A stretch of DNA of 64,000 nucleotides from Candidatus Omnitrophota bacterium (GTDB lineage Bacteria > Omnitrophota > Gorgyraeia > S143-82), in NCBI GenBank assembly GCA_015494465.1, contig WGBD01000001.1:116477-180476 (forward strand). The letters run 5' to 3'. The position numbers and the translations under genes are program-made. Positions within the stretch are counted from its first letter, which is position 1. Each line of letters starts with the position of its first letter. Below are positions 20,088 through 30,314 of this stretch, piece by piece. The notes under the pieces were generated by a model that searched no databases, had not been told where the DNA came from, and saw nothing but the letters and a program-made list of their open reading frames with translations.

Positions 20088-20827
20088 CGCCTGCGGGGGA
20101 TACCAATCAAGGCCAACCCCAGCGCCAGGAGTAACCCGCTCGCCGGCTCAGGGACTACGCCTTGAGGGGTGTAATTGTATCCAAAGCCCGGATCGGAGGA
20201 AGAGGAGAAGTTCGGATCCTTAGTAGTAAGATAGAAGACCGGGCTGTGGTAGTCCCACTCCCCATTAAACAGTATACCAAACCCATCCGAGGATTCACCT
20301 GGCCCTAGAGAATAATCCTCGATATTAAAGTAGGCCATGTACAGATAGTCGTAGCCTCCAAATAAACTTTCCAAGTCCGTCAACAATCCAGAAAGCTCCC
20401 GAGAATCCATATCAAAGATCTCACCGATGCCAGCCACCAGGGTCTGGAGTGTGATCTCGGTTTCCCCCACAGTAGAGGACCATCCCGGGAAACCTAATTC
20501 CAATTCGAGATTGGGGTAGGGAAGAAAATCCTCAGGCAGACCGCTTAAACCCACCACGAAGGCCCACAGGTAACTATCCTCCGAATCGTTGTGGACATCA
20601 AAGACCAGATCCCACATGTAATCCCCTATAGGACCCTCGTTTGGTCGGAGTGACTCAAAGACGCGATAATCCGAATAGTAGGTGAGTGTCTTGTAGCCTT
20701 CCCAAGGATTCGGTACCCGGGCATTACCTCCGTTGGCCCCGCCACCTCCCCCGAGGAATCCCATAGAAAATCCCTTGAGGGAAAATAGTACCAGGAACCC
20801 AACTACGAGTAAAACAACGCGTTTCAT
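20081..20827 (-). CDS. PEP-CTERM sorting-domain protein (putative exosortase substrate)
   Basis: Signal peptide MKRVVLLVVGFLVLFSL, Gly-rich region, and C-terminal VPEPASGLLLALGLALIGIPRRRY (PEP motif, TM helix, Arg cluster). Confidence 0.7.
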   Translation of the reverse strand: MKRVVLLVVGFLVLFSLKGFSMGFLGGGGGANGGNARVPNPWEGYKTLTYYSDYRVFESLRPNEGPIGDYMWDLVFDVHNDSEDSYLWAFVVGLSGLPEDFLPYPNLELELGFPGWSSTVGETEITLQTLVAGIGEIFDMDSRELSGLLTDLESLFGGYDYLYMAYFNIEDYSLGPGESSDGFGILFNGEWDYHSPVFYLTTKDPNFSSSSDPGFGYNYTPQGVVPEPASGLLLALGLALIGIPRRRY

Positions 20828-20992
20828 CTCTAAAAACCTCCTTAGTCGCTATCCCCACCGCTCACCACTCTATTGAGCGATTTTACAACACTTTTAAAAA
20901 TACATCAAGCCAATTAGCACCTTATGAGACGGATTCTTTCTGGAAGATTTTGTCTCACTAAGGTAATCAATAAGGTGATATACTGGAGAAAT

Positions 20993-21967
20993 ATGGTAAA
21001 AGCGATGGTGGGGATAGTGGTAGTAAATTACAACCGCCCCAGGGAGACGATCTCCTGCCTAAAATCTATCCTCACCTGTGAAGGGCAAGAAGACATAGAA
21101 ACGATAGTAGTTGTAGACAACCATTCCCGTCCGAAGGCCTACCACGAACTCAAAAAGGCCATTGCGAAGATCCCAGATCCAAGGGTTGTCTTGGCCAGGG
21201 CCAGTCAGAACCTGGGATATGCAAGCGGATGCAATATTGGAATCGCCTACATACTCAACCACACCAAGGCAGATTGGATATGGATCCTTAATAACGACAC
21301 GAGAATCCATCCCTCGGCCCTAAAAGAATTACTGCACTGCATCCGAAGGGTAGACAAGAAAACCGGCCTACTCGGGACCAAATTAATCGACGACGATGGT
21401 AGGATCCTCGCCATAGGGGGCAAGTACATAGCCGCCAAGGCAAAGGGAGTACACATCGGTGCGGGAGAACCTGACGAAGGACAATACGACGAGTACCCTC
21501 CTTCGGAAATAGACTACATAGTCGGGGCGAGCATGTTCGTGAACCGGAAATTCGTGGAAGAGATTGGTCTTATGGAGGAAAGGTACTTCCTATTCTACGA
21601 AGAGATGGATTGGGCCCTCCGGGGCCGGGAAAGGGGCTGGTCCATTGGATACTGCCCGAAGGCGATCGTATACCATCGAGAGAGCACGACCATAAAAGGC
21701 AAAAATCCCAAAAAGATGAAAGAGCTAATCTACTTCTTCAGCATACGCAACAAGATAGGGTTCACGAAAAGATTCTACCCTCAATTCCTACCCCTCGTAT
21801 ACCTCCGCCTCCTGTATCAGGCGGCAAAGGAGATGGTAAAGGGCCAAGGTTGGAGATCTAACTTGATACTAAAGGCCCTCCTTATGGGCAAGCCTCCACT
21901 GAACTTCCTTAAGAAGAAGAACCTCTCGGTTGAGTATATCCACCATGACGAGCCAGACCAGGCCTAA
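20993..21967 (+). CDS. family 2 glycosyltransferase
   Basis: VVVNYNRP...VVDNHS...NLGYASGCN, typical GT2 (GT-A, DxD). The start was moved to the internal Met. Confidence 0.75.
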   Translation: MVKAMVGIVVVNYNRPRETISCLKSILTCEGQEDIETIVVVDNHSRPKAYHELKKAIAKIPDPRVVLARASQNLGYASGCNIGIAYILNHTKADWIWILNNDTRIHPSALKELLHCIRRVDKKTGLLGTKLIDDDGRILAIGGKYIAAKAKGVHIGAGEPDEGQYDEYPPSEIDYIVGASMFVNRKFVEEIGLMEERYFLFYEEMDWALRGRERGWSIGYCPKAIVYHRESTTIKGKNPKKMKELIYFFSIRNKIGFTKRFYPQFLPLVYLRLLYQAAKEMVKGQGWRSNLILKALLMGKPPLNFLKKKNLSVEYIHHDEPDQA

Positions 21968-22645
21968 TATCCCGTCCTTATATCCTTTACGGCGGATGTA
22001 ATTTTTCCAGAACATCTTGAAGGGGAAGGTCAGGATCTGCTTCTCAATCTTTCTCATCGGCCAATCCCGGATGACGCCTTCCTCTATCTGCAAGTCGGTG
22101 TAGAGATCTATCTTCTTCAGCATCTGGCTGACGGATTCCAGTGGGAAGTGCAGGACATCGGCATCCAATTCCCCGACCTCCCCATCGATCACGAACCGGG
22201 AGTGCACCCTTCCCTCGATCCGCACCTTCCCTCTCTTTATCAACCTCAAGTGTCCCTGTCGGGCCCACTCTCCCCACTCAAGTCTTCTCCCAAACACATG
22301 ATTTAGGAAGTAAACCCTATAAGCAACCGCATAACCCTCCGGCTGAGACTTCCACTGATTGATAACCTCCGCCCCCTCTTTGGTAACTATCTCGTCCGCA
22401 TCCATTAGGTAGACCCAATCATTCTCCGCCTGCTCTATCCCGAACATATACTGGGCCCCGAAGTCGCGGTTCAATGCCCTGACATAGACCCGCGCTCCCA
22501 AAGATCTTGCCACCTCAACGGTGCGGTCCTGACTTTCGTCGTCCACGACCACCACCTCGTCGGCAAACTGCCACGCAGACTCTATAGCGGGCCTTATGCG
22601 ACGCTCCTCATTCTTGACTATGAATACCGCGGATACCCTCTTCAT
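21869..22645 (-). CDS. family 2 glycosyltransferase
   Basis: SAVFIVKNEE...VVVVDDESQDRT...YLMDADE (DxD) on the minus strand. Its 3' end overlaps the convergent GT2 by 99 nt. Confidence 0.75.
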   Translation of the reverse strand: MKRVSAVFIVKNEERRIRPAIESAWQFADEVVVVDDESQDRTVEVARSLGARVYVRALNRDFGAQYMFGIEQAENDWVYLMDADEIVTKEGAEVINQWKSQPEGYAVAYRVYFLNHVFGRRLEWGEWARQGHLRLIKRGKVRIEGRVHSRFVIDGEVGELDADVLHFPLESVSQMLKKIDLYTDLQIEEGVIRDWPMRKIEKQILTFPFKMFWKNYIRRKGYKDGILGLVWLVMVDILNREVLLLKEVQWRLAHKEGL

Positions 22646-23742
22646 AGGCTATTTTCCATCTCCTTCCTCACCAGAATACCGAGGAAAAACCAGTAAAGGA
22701 GGGAATTGTCCCATATCCCCAAGAGGGAATTCTCCACCAAGTTGTGCAGGAGCATACTCATCACCACCCCATAGGAGGGATCCCTCCAGCGATCCCCCAG
22801 ACGGAACAGTATCCACAGATTGAACCAGAGAAAGTACATCGCGGTGGGCACTCCCGCCATCACCGCTATGGCCAAAAGCTGTTGGTGCACGTATTCGCCT
22901 TCCTGCCCCTCAACTATACCGTTGCCAAGAGGATGGGAGCGTATCTTCTCTATTGCCCGGCCCCATATCCGGGGTCTGCCGGCAAGGTCCATATGGGAGA
23001 GTTTCTGTAGCCTCGTGCGTATCTGAGAAGAAGTCCCGTAAAAACCCCCGATCAAAACCCCGAGCAGGAGGAACACAACCAAGGCCTTCTTGGGCAGATA
23101 CCTTTCTCTCGAAAAGAATCGGACCGTGCCGAACAGGGCGGTCAAAACGAACGCGCACCACGCCCCCCGGGAATATGTCCCCACCAACACCACCATACCT
23201 ACAACAAAGGCAATCCTTCTCCACCAATTCCACCGCCGATTCAGCGTAGCAAGGTATATGCCTGACAGCATCGCGGAGACGAACATCCCCAACTGGTTAT
23301 AGTACCCGAACCGGCCATCCCAATACCCAATCTGTCCCAACGAAACTGCCCTGATAAGGGCGTGAAGGGAAACGCCGAACAGTATCAGAAACATAGAATT
23401 GAGAATCCATTCCACCATCCTCCCGTCCACCGCCGAGGCGCCCACTAGGAAGATCGCCAGATAGGTGATGTAGAAGTAGAAGAAGTACTTCTGGTTATCG
23501 TAAAAATCCCCGGGAAGGACTACCCCAAAGATAAAAAGCAAGAGGAAGAACACGACCACCACCACTGCATAAGGGCTGTTCAATTTCTGCCTCCACTCTT
23601 TTTCCCTGACCAGCCCTATGCCCCAAAGGATGAAACCCAACACCAGCAAAGGCTTTAGCACATCGTCGGGGAACGCAACGGAAAACAATACCACTAATGG
23701 TGACAGACGATAAATCGCACCTATCTTTTTAGATATTTCCAT
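22642..23742 (-). CDS. O-antigen ligase / Wzy_C family polytopic membrane protein
   Basis: More than 10 predicted TM helices and the conserved GTYSRGAW motif of O-antigen ligase-like proteins. Confidence 0.55.
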   Translation of the reverse strand: MEISKKIGAIYRLSPLVVLFSVAFPDDVLKPLLVLGFILWGIGLVREKEWRQKLNSPYAVVVVVFFLLLFIFGVVLPGDFYDNQKYFFYFYITYLAIFLVGASAVDGRMVEWILNSMFLILFGVSLHALIRAVSLGQIGYWDGRFGYYNQLGMFVSAMLSGIYLATLNRRWNWWRRIAFVVGMVVLVGTYSRGAWCAFVLTALFGTVRFFSRERYLPKKALVVFLLLGVLIGGFYGTSSQIRTRLQKLSHMDLAGRPRIWGRAIEKIRSHPLGNGIVEGQEGEYVHQQLLAIAVMAGVPTAMYFLWFNLWILFRLGDRWRDPSYGVVMSMLLHNLVENSLLGIWDNSLLYWFFLGILVRKEMENSL

Positions 23743-24500
23743 CACTCCGGGCTCCTTATCCTCCTGAACAGATCGTAATATCCGCTGAGTTTGAACCACA
23801 ACCCCAGTCCCTTATCGCTGTCCTTCATCTTTATCCTGCGCAGGGCATAGATGTCTATCCTACGGGAGTATCCCCGGTTGGTGGTGAAGGCACAACAGTA
23901 CCCCGCCTCCTTTACCAGACGCATAATCTCCCGGTTGAAGCCCCCTACTGGATAGGATATCGTCCGCACCTCGTGGCCAAGGATCTCCTCTAATCGAGCC
24001 TTAGATCCCCTTATCTCCAACTCCGGATCCGGCGCCTCGTAAAGGACATAGTGATGGATCGTGTGGGAGCCTATGCGCACCTTCGTGTGGGTCTCTATCT
24101 GCCGAAGGTCCTCCGGGGACAGATATCCCTCTTCCCCTATCCTACCCACTATCACGAATATCGTGGCGGGAAAGTCGTACTCTTTCAGTAGTCTTACTGC
24201 CTTCAGGTTGTCCTCGTAGCCGTCGTCGAAGGTTATCGCAACGGTCCGTCTGGGAATGTGCCCCTTTTTTATCTCTGCAACCAGTTCCTCAACCGGGACC
24301 ACCCGGTAATCGTGTTCTTTCAGGTACCGCAGGTGCCGGGCAAAGGTCTCCTCGCTTACGGTGGGGGTGCCGGTGCGCTCCGGATCGAGGGAGTGATACA
24401 TCAATATCGGTGGGTAATAAGCAATGCGCAATAACCAGCCTGCCCCCACTCCCCCTAACAGTACTATCACCAAGGCTATACCTAACCACCTCTTCCTCAT
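23742..24500 (-). CDS. polysaccharide deacetylase (CE4) family protein
   Basis: N-terminal TM, then VAITFDDGYEDN... and a conserved His-rich region. Confidence 0.75.
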   Translation of the reverse strand: MRKRWLGIALVIVLLGGVGAGWLLRIAYYPPILMYHSLDPERTGTPTVSEETFARHLRYLKEHDYRVVPVEELVAEIKKGHIPRRTVAITFDDGYEDNLKAVRLLKEYDFPATIFVIVGRIGEEGYLSPEDLRQIETHTKVRIGSHTIHHYVLYEAPDPELEIRGSKARLEEILGHEVRTISYPVGGFNREIMRLVKEAGYCCAFTTNRGYSRRIDIYALRRIKMKDSDKGLGLWFKLSGYYDLFRRIRSPE

Positions 24501-24510
24501 CCCTTCTCCT

Positions 24511-25680
24511 TCACTCGTAACGCAAGGCCCTTGCGGGGACTATCCTGCTGGCGCTGTGGGCAGGGTACACCGCCGAGGCCACGGTGATCCCTATTGCGCT
24601 CAACAGGACTACAAGACTATCTCTCCACGACAGTCTTGCGGGCAGATAGGAGATGTAATAGACATCTGCTGGCAGGGGTATCAGGTGAAACCTCTCTATC
24701 CCGATGGCCAACGAGACACCTATCATACCCCCTACAAATGCCCCCAGCACTCCGATAAACAGGCCTATTAAGAGGAATATTCGGTAAACCTCCCCGTCGG
24801 TGAGCCCCAAGGCCTTTAGGACCCCTATCTCCCGGGTCCGGGTGGCAACCCACACCACCAAAGAACTGACCACGGTAAACGAGGCCACCAACACTATTAA
24901 CAGGAGTATCAGGAACATCACCAATTTCTCCAACTTCAGGGCAGAGAAGAGACTGCGATTGGACTCCATCCAGGTAATGGCGGAGAGATTATGGGCCTTC
25001 AGGACATCTCTCAAGGCCTGTTTTACCTCCCCTGCCTCCTCGGGATCCTCCAGGTAAAGGGCAATGGAATTGGCACTCTTGCCCAGCAACAGCATGTCCC
25101 GAACGGTATCTATGTCCGCATACATCATCTGGGAGTCGTACTCGTACATACCAGTGTCAAAGGTGCCAGTTATCTTCAACTCGTAAGGCTGGGAGGTTAT
25201 CGGCGAAAGGACCTTTACCTCGTCCCCGGGAACGAGGCCCAGATCCTTGGCCAGTTCCCTGCCCAGCAGCACGCCTTCTTTCTCCGGAAACTTACCGTTC
25301 AGCCGCGCCCGGGAGAGGACTAGTCCCATATACGGTCCGGGTACTCCCCTGAGCATTGCGGTTATCAGCCTGTTGCCCCGCCGGATAAAGACCTGAGAAT
25401 ACACCAACGGCACGACTGCCTTAACACCCTTCACCCTCAATTCCTTCAATAACGAGGGCTTAACATCTATAACCCTGTCGGAATAAACCAGTATGTGGGG
25501 GTTGTTGGAGACTATCTTGTCCCGCAACTCCGAATCAAACCCGTTCATCACCGCCATAACCACTATCAGTGCAGATACCCCCACCACTATCCCGAGTATG
25601 GAGACGAAACTCATAAAGGATATAAAGCCACCCCTTGCTCTGCGGAACATGCGCCAGGCAAGGAACAGGAGGTAGTTCAT
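24511..25680 (-). CDS. lipoprotein-releasing system permease LolC/E-like (FtsX-family ABC permease)
   Basis: MacB/FtsX architecture: N-terminal TM, large periplasmic loop, three C-terminal TM helices; NPHILVYS motif. Confidence 0.7.
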   Translation of the reverse strand: MNYLLFLAWRMFRRARGGFISFMSFVSILGIVVGVSALIVVMAVMNGFDSELRDKIVSNNPHILVYSDRVIDVKPSLLKELRVKGVKAVVPLVYSQVFIRRGNRLITAMLRGVPGPYMGLVLSRARLNGKFPEKEGVLLGRELAKDLGLVPGDEVKVLSPITSQPYELKITGTFDTGMYEYDSQMMYADIDTVRDMLLLGKSANSIALYLEDPEEAGEVKQALRDVLKAHNLSAITWMESNRSLFSALKLEKLVMFLILLLIVLVASFTVVSSLVVWVATRTREIGVLKALGLTDGEVYRIFLLIGLFIGVLGAFVGGMIGVSLAIGIERFHLIPLPADVYYISYLPARLSWRDSLVVLLSAIGITVASAVYPAHSASRIVPARALRYE

Positions 25681-27119
25681 CTCTCCGGCTTGAGCAGAGG
25701 AAACAGGATAACCTCCCTTATGGAAGGTTTATCCGTGAGTATCATCACCAGTCTATCTATCCCTATCCCCAGCCCTCCCGCCGGGGGCATACCGTATTCA
25801 AGGGCAGTGACGAAGTCGTAGTCTATGTGCTCGCTGGGGGCGTTGTGATGACGGACTTCCTCTTCGAACCGCCTTAACTGATCCTCGGGATCGTTCAATT
25901 CGGAGTAGGCATTGGCAATCTCCATACCGCCGACGAACAACTCAAACCTCTCCGCCAAGGCGGGATTGTCCTCTTTCAGGCAGGCAAGCGGACAGAGGAT
26001 GGAGAAGTAATCGGTAAAGAAGACCGGCTTTCTCCTCTGCTCCATCTCCAGCATATCCTCAACCAACTTTACCACCTGCGAACGGGAAAGTCGGGAGGTA
26101 TCCACCGATCCCAATCCCCGCTTGGGCAGTTTCTGGATTATCACCTCGGTGGGATCGTCGGGATTGATGTCAAACCTCTCCTTGACTGCCTGAGCAAACG
26201 AAATCTCTTCCCAAGGAGGTGTGAAGTCTATCTCTTTCCCCTGATAGGTAACCACCGCAGATCCCCTGACCTCCATCACTACCGAATACAACAACTCCTC
26301 GGTCAGACGCATAACATCGCGGTAATCCATATAGGCGGTATACACCTCAAGCATGGTGAACTCGGGATTGTGCCGGGTGGAGACACCTTCGTTCCGGAAA
26401 CTGCGGTTTATCTCGTAGACCTTCTCAAATCCACCCACCAACAGGCGCTTCAGGTACAACTCCGGGGCAATCCTGAGGTAAAGGTCGATGTCGTAGGCGT
26501 TATGGTGGGTAATAAACGGCCTGCCGGCAGCCCCTCCCGGTATCAGGTGGAGCATGGGGGTCTCTACCTCCAGATAGCCCCGCTCGTCCAGAAACCTCCT
26601 TATCGCGGAGATTATACGGGCCCGGGTAATGAATACCTCCCGCACCTCGGGGTTGGCCATTAAGTCGAGGTAGCGTTGACGGAATCTTACCTCTACATCC
26701 TTAAGGCCATGCCACTTCTCGGGCATAGGCCGGAGGCTCTTGGTAAGGAGCTTCAACTCCCGCAGGGCTACGGTAATCTCCCCGGTGCGGGTGGTGAAGA
26801 GTTCGCCTTTCACCCAGACGATGTCGCCGATGTCCAAGAGATCCAAAAGGGCCCACAACTTCTCGTCCAGATCGTTCTTGCGGGCGTATACCTGTATGCG
26901 ATCGGTGGCATCCCGGACATCAAAGAATATCACCTTGCCGTGGGCCCTCCAGGCGGTAATCCTTCCCGCCACCGCCACTGTCTTGCCTTCCCGATAATCC
27001 TGCTTGGCAGACAGTGCAGTGGCGTCGGGCTTCACACCCCGGGAGAAGGCAGGGATGCCCATCTCCCTAAGACGGGACAACTTCGCCTTTCTGTCTCTTA
27101 TGATGTCTTCCTGGGACAT
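25677..27119 (-). CDS. lysS: lysine--tRNA ligase (class II)
   Basis: N-terminal OB anticodon-binding domain, then class II motifs (FRNEG, GGAAGRPFITHHNAYD, GLGIGIDRLVM). Confidence 0.9.
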   Translation of the reverse strand: MSQEDIIRDRKAKLSRLREMGIPAFSRGVKPDATALSAKQDYREGKTVAVAGRITAWRAHGKVIFFDVRDATDRIQVYARKNDLDEKLWALLDLLDIGDIVWVKGELFTTRTGEITVALRELKLLTKSLRPMPEKWHGLKDVEVRFRQRYLDLMANPEVREVFITRARIISAIRRFLDERGYLEVETPMLHLIPGGAAGRPFITHHNAYDIDLYLRIAPELYLKRLLVGGFEKVYEINRSFRNEGVSTRHNPEFTMLEVYTAYMDYRDVMRLTEELLYSVVMEVRGSAVVTYQGKEIDFTPPWEEISFAQAVKERFDINPDDPTEVIIQKLPKRGLGSVDTSRLSRSQVVKLVEDMLEMEQRRKPVFFTDYFSILCPLACLKEDNPALAERFELFVGGMEIANAYSELNDPEDQLRRFEEEVRHHNAPSEHIDYDFVTALEYGMPPAGGLGIGIDRLVMILTDKPSIREVILFPLLKPER

Positions 27120-27196
27120 AGCGGATTTTATTCTAACCGAAACGCACTGGCCTGTAAACGGATATAATCCGGATCCCTTATAAGCACCCCTTAAAA

Positions 27197-28156
27197 CTAT
27201 TGCTCGTTGCCGTTAAGGTACTTTAGGAAGGGATGATCCGTGCCCAGTATCAGGGTGGTGTGCTTGTCTATCCCCTCTTCGTAAGCAGACAGTGCCTTGG
27301 TGAACTCGAAGAAGTCAAGGCCTTGGGAATAGGCCTCCGCGTATATCCGCAGGGCCTCTGCCTCGGCCTGTCCCTTTATTATCTGGGCCTTCTTGTAGGC
27401 CTCGGACCTTATCTTCCTGAGTTCCTTCTCCATCTGGCCCTTTATCCTCGCCTGCTCGCCTCGACCCTGCGACCTGTACTCTTCGGCTGCCCGCTTGCGT
27501 TCGGCTATCATCCGGGCGTATACCTTCCTGCGCACCTCTTCCACATAATTGACCCTCTTTATCTGTACATCGATCAATTCTATCCCCAGATCCTCCACCA
27601 TCTTGCTGGCATGGGCGAATATCTCCTTCCGTATCTCCTCCCGGCCTCGAGATATCCTCTCGTAATGAGAAAGTCCGGTGTTCGCCTTGCCCTCTCCACC
27701 AGAGGACTCCAGTGCCTCTAAGATGCGGTTGCTGCTGCGCACTATCTCTATCAATCTGCTCCCGTTGACCGCATCCCTGACCGCTGCGTCTATGATGTCG
27801 TCCAAACGGGCCTGGGCACCTATCTCGTCCCTGACCGAACGGAAAAACTTGAGCGGATCCTTTATCCTCCACCGGGCAGTGGTGTCCACCCAGATGAAGC
27901 GCTTGTCCTTAGTGGGTATCTGGTCCGCATCCCCGTCCCACTCCAGTATCCGCTTGTCAAAGTAATTCACCTTCTGGATAAACGGAATACGAAAGTACAG
28001 GCCTGCCTCGGTAATCGGCTCACCTACCGGCCGGCCAAACTGGGTAATTATCGCCTGCTGGGTCTCGTCCACTATGTAAGCGGAGGAAAGGAATACCACC
28101 ACACCTATCGCCACCAACACTATCAGCACTATCGGCAACTTACCTCTCATCGCCAA
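27197..28156 (-). CDS. hflC: FtsH protease modulator HflC (SPFH/band-7)
   Basis: N-terminal TM, band-7 domain and coiled-coil; adjacent to hflK. Confidence 0.8.
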   Translation of the reverse strand: MAMRGKLPIVLIVLVAIGVVVFLSSAYIVDETQQAIITQFGRPVGEPITEAGLYFRIPFIQKVNYFDKRILEWDGDADQIPTKDKRFIWVDTTARWRIKDPLKFFRSVRDEIGAQARLDDIIDAAVRDAVNGSRLIEIVRSSNRILEALESSGGEGKANTGLSHYERISRGREEIRKEIFAHASKMVEDLGIELIDVQIKRVNYVEEVRRKVYARMIAERKRAAEEYRSQGRGEQARIKGQMEKELRKIRSEAYKKAQIIKGQAEAEALRIYAEAYSQGLDFFEFTKALSAYEEGIDKHTTLILGTDHPFLKYLNGNEQ

Positions 28157-28174
28157 ACCTCCTCACCCCTGCTA

Positions 28175-29173
28175 CTACCTCGATCCCAACGCATCGCGAT
28201 TGAGTTGCAGTAAAGGAAGAATACCCTCTCCCTTCCCGCTTATGATGAACTTCTGCCCTGCGTTGTGCAGGACCCTTTGCATCGTCTCCAGATACAATCG
28301 CTTACGGGTGACATCCTCGGCCTTGCGGTATGCCTCCAAGACCGACAGGAACCTCTGGGCATCTCCCTTGGCCCGGTTGACTATCTCGGTGGCATAACCC
28401 TCTGCCTCCTGTATCTGCTGTTCTGCCTCACCCCTTGCCTTGGGTATCATACGGTTGTAGGCCTCCCAGGCCTCGTTTATCATCTTCTCCTTCTCCTGTT
28501 TGGCCTCGTTCACCTCGTTAAAGGCGCTCTTCACCGGACCGGGAGGATTGACATCCTGAAGCAGTACCTTGGTTATCAGCACGCCCATCTGATACCTGTC
28601 CAGAGTCTCCTGCAGGCGCTTCTTGACCAAGGCGTTTATCTCAAGGCGCTTGGTGAAGACCTCGTCAAAGGCGTAGTCTCCAATCACCTCGCGCATTATC
28701 GCCTCGGATACATCGCGCAGGTTCTTGCGCTTGTTCCTGACCCGGAAGAGGAAAGAGACCGGATCCTTTATGCGGAACTGCACCACCCAGGTGATGTCCA
28801 CCACATTTAGGTCACCGGTTAACATGAGGGATTCCTCGTCGTAATCTTTCGGGGAATACATCGTACGCACCCCCGCCTTCAGGGTGCGGAATCCAAACTC
28901 CTCCTTGAATACATAATCCACCAGCACCTTGGTCGCCTTCTCTATCGGATAGGGCCACTTGAAGTGCAATCCGGGCTTGTCTATCCGCTCGAACTTCCCA
29001 AAGCGCTGGACTACTGCGACCTCGTTGGGCTGGACCTCGTAAACGGTTGACTTAAGGAAGAGCAGACCCAAGACCCCCAGGACGATCAATATCCAGGCCT
29101 TGCTGAACCACTGTCCCTGCGGTCGGTAGGGCCTGTCCATCTGGTCATCTTCCATCGGCAGGTGTATCTTCAT
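28175..29173 (-). CDS. hflK: FtsH protease modulator HflK (SPFH/band-7)
   Basis: N-terminal TM, band-7 domain; paired with hflC. Confidence 0.8.
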   Translation of the reverse strand: MKIHLPMEDDQMDRPYRPQGQWFSKAWILIVLGVLGLLFLKSTVYEVQPNEVAVVQRFGKFERIDKPGLHFKWPYPIEKATKVLVDYVFKEEFGFRTLKAGVRTMYSPKDYDEESLMLTGDLNVVDITWVVQFRIKDPVSFLFRVRNKRKNLRDVSEAIMREVIGDYAFDEVFTKRLEINALVKKRLQETLDRYQMGVLITKVLLQDVNPPGPVKSAFNEVNEAKQEKEKMINEAWEAYNRMIPKARGEAEQQIQEAEGYATEIVNRAKGDAQRFLSVLEAYRKAEDVTRKRLYLETMQRVLHNAGQKFIISGKGEGILPLLQLNRDALGSR

Positions 29174-29201
29174 CCTCCACCCCCTCTTCGTCTAAGCCTT
29201 C

Positions 29202-30314
29202 TCAATCCTTCTCCAAGATACTACGGTATATCTTATCATAAAGGGATAACATCCGCTGAAAGGAAAAATCCCCTGCCCGCTCCTGCAGGGACCTCCTCAT
29301 CGCTTCCCAGTCCTGCCTGGAACGCCTGAAGACCGCGTAAAGGCCGTCCAACCGCTGAACCCCTTCGGATACATCCCTAACACTTCCAATGATCAACCGT
29401 CCCGGGCCTTCGCCTACATCCCTTAAGGCGACCCCAGAACCAGCTATCGGCACGCCCCAGCACATCGCCTCTAAGACCACCATCGGCAGGCCCTCCCTCA
29501 AGGAGGGCAGGAACAGACAGTCAAGGTTCCTATACACCGCCTCCATCTCCTCAAAGGGCACCTTACCCAAGAACTCTATTCTATCCCCCAACCCCTCCTT
29601 TGCCACCCGAGACCTTGCCCAGTCCCTCAAGGAGCCGTCGCCCACTATCACCGCCCTGACTGGACCGTCCCTATGCCGGCGCATCCACGAGGACAACACA
29701 TCTATCACATAGGCAAAGTTCTTCTCCCGTTCCATCCTCCCGATGAAGCCCACGGTAAAGGTATCGTCCTCTTCGGGGAGGGAACCTACTTTGCACTCTA
29801 CCGCGTTGGGGATGTAATGGACCTTTGCCTTGGGGATCCTCCACCTTGAGAACTCCTCCAGCAGGTTTAGAGAGACCCCGGCTATGGCGTCTGCTGTGCG
29901 GATGAGCAGTTTATCCAGAGTTTCGTATACCCACAACCTGGCGCTCGCAGATGTCCAGCCATGGAGGGTAAGCACCCACCTCACCGAGGCAGGTCTTGAG
30001 AGCATTGCGTAGAAGTTGGACTTGTAGTTGTGGCTGTGGACGATCTGCACGCCGAGGTCGCGAATTGCCTTCCGCAGTCGGGCAATGGCCTGCAGATCCA
30101 TCTGAGATTTGGTCGGTACCCACAGGGCCTCCACGCCTTGGCCCCTTGCGAACGAAAGGACCTCGTTATCCTCGGGATCCCTGTCCATCACCCCGAGGAT
30201 CATACGATAACTCCGAGACAGTCCTCTGCATATCTGGACCGCCACCCGCTCTGCCCCAAACACCCTGCGCGCACTGATGAGGTGCAGTACGGTCAATCGG
30301 GTATCCGCCATGTA
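29202..30314 (-). CDS. family 4 (GT-B) glycosyltransferase
   Basis: C-terminal EGLPMVVLEAMCWGVPI (GT4 E-x7-E region). Confidence 0.75.
   Translation of the reverse strand, partial: YMADTRLTVLHLISARRVFGAERVAVQICRGLSRSYRMILGVMDRDPEDNEVLSFARGQGVEALWVPTKSQMDLQAIARLRKAIRDLGVQIVHSHNYKSNFYAMLSRPASVRWVLTLHGWTSASARLWVYETLDKLLIRTADAIAGVSLNLLEEFSRWRIPKAKVHYIPNAVECKVGSLPEEDDTFTVGFIGRMEREKNFAYVIDVLSSWMRRHRDGPVRAVIVGDGSLRDWARSRVAKEGLGDRIEFLGKVPFEEMEAVYRNLDCLFLPSLREGLPMVVLEAMCWGVPIAGSGVALRDVGEGPGRLIIGSVRDVSEGVQRLDGLYAVFRRSRQDWEAMRRSLQERAGDFSFQRMLSLYDKIYRSILEKD

Noticed and set aside
22642-23742. Possibility that the Wzy-like membrane protein is the exosortase for the PEP-CTERM protein
   Set aside because: It is longer than typical exosortases (about 385 vs about 280-300 aa) and has the O-antigen-ligase GTYSRGAW motif. 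I kept it as a Wzy_C-family call but flagged the question in the findings.
24424-24771. 115-aa plus ORF spanning the deacetylase/LolE junction
   Set aside because: It crosses two minus-strand genes and an intergenic gap; no motifs, so spurious.
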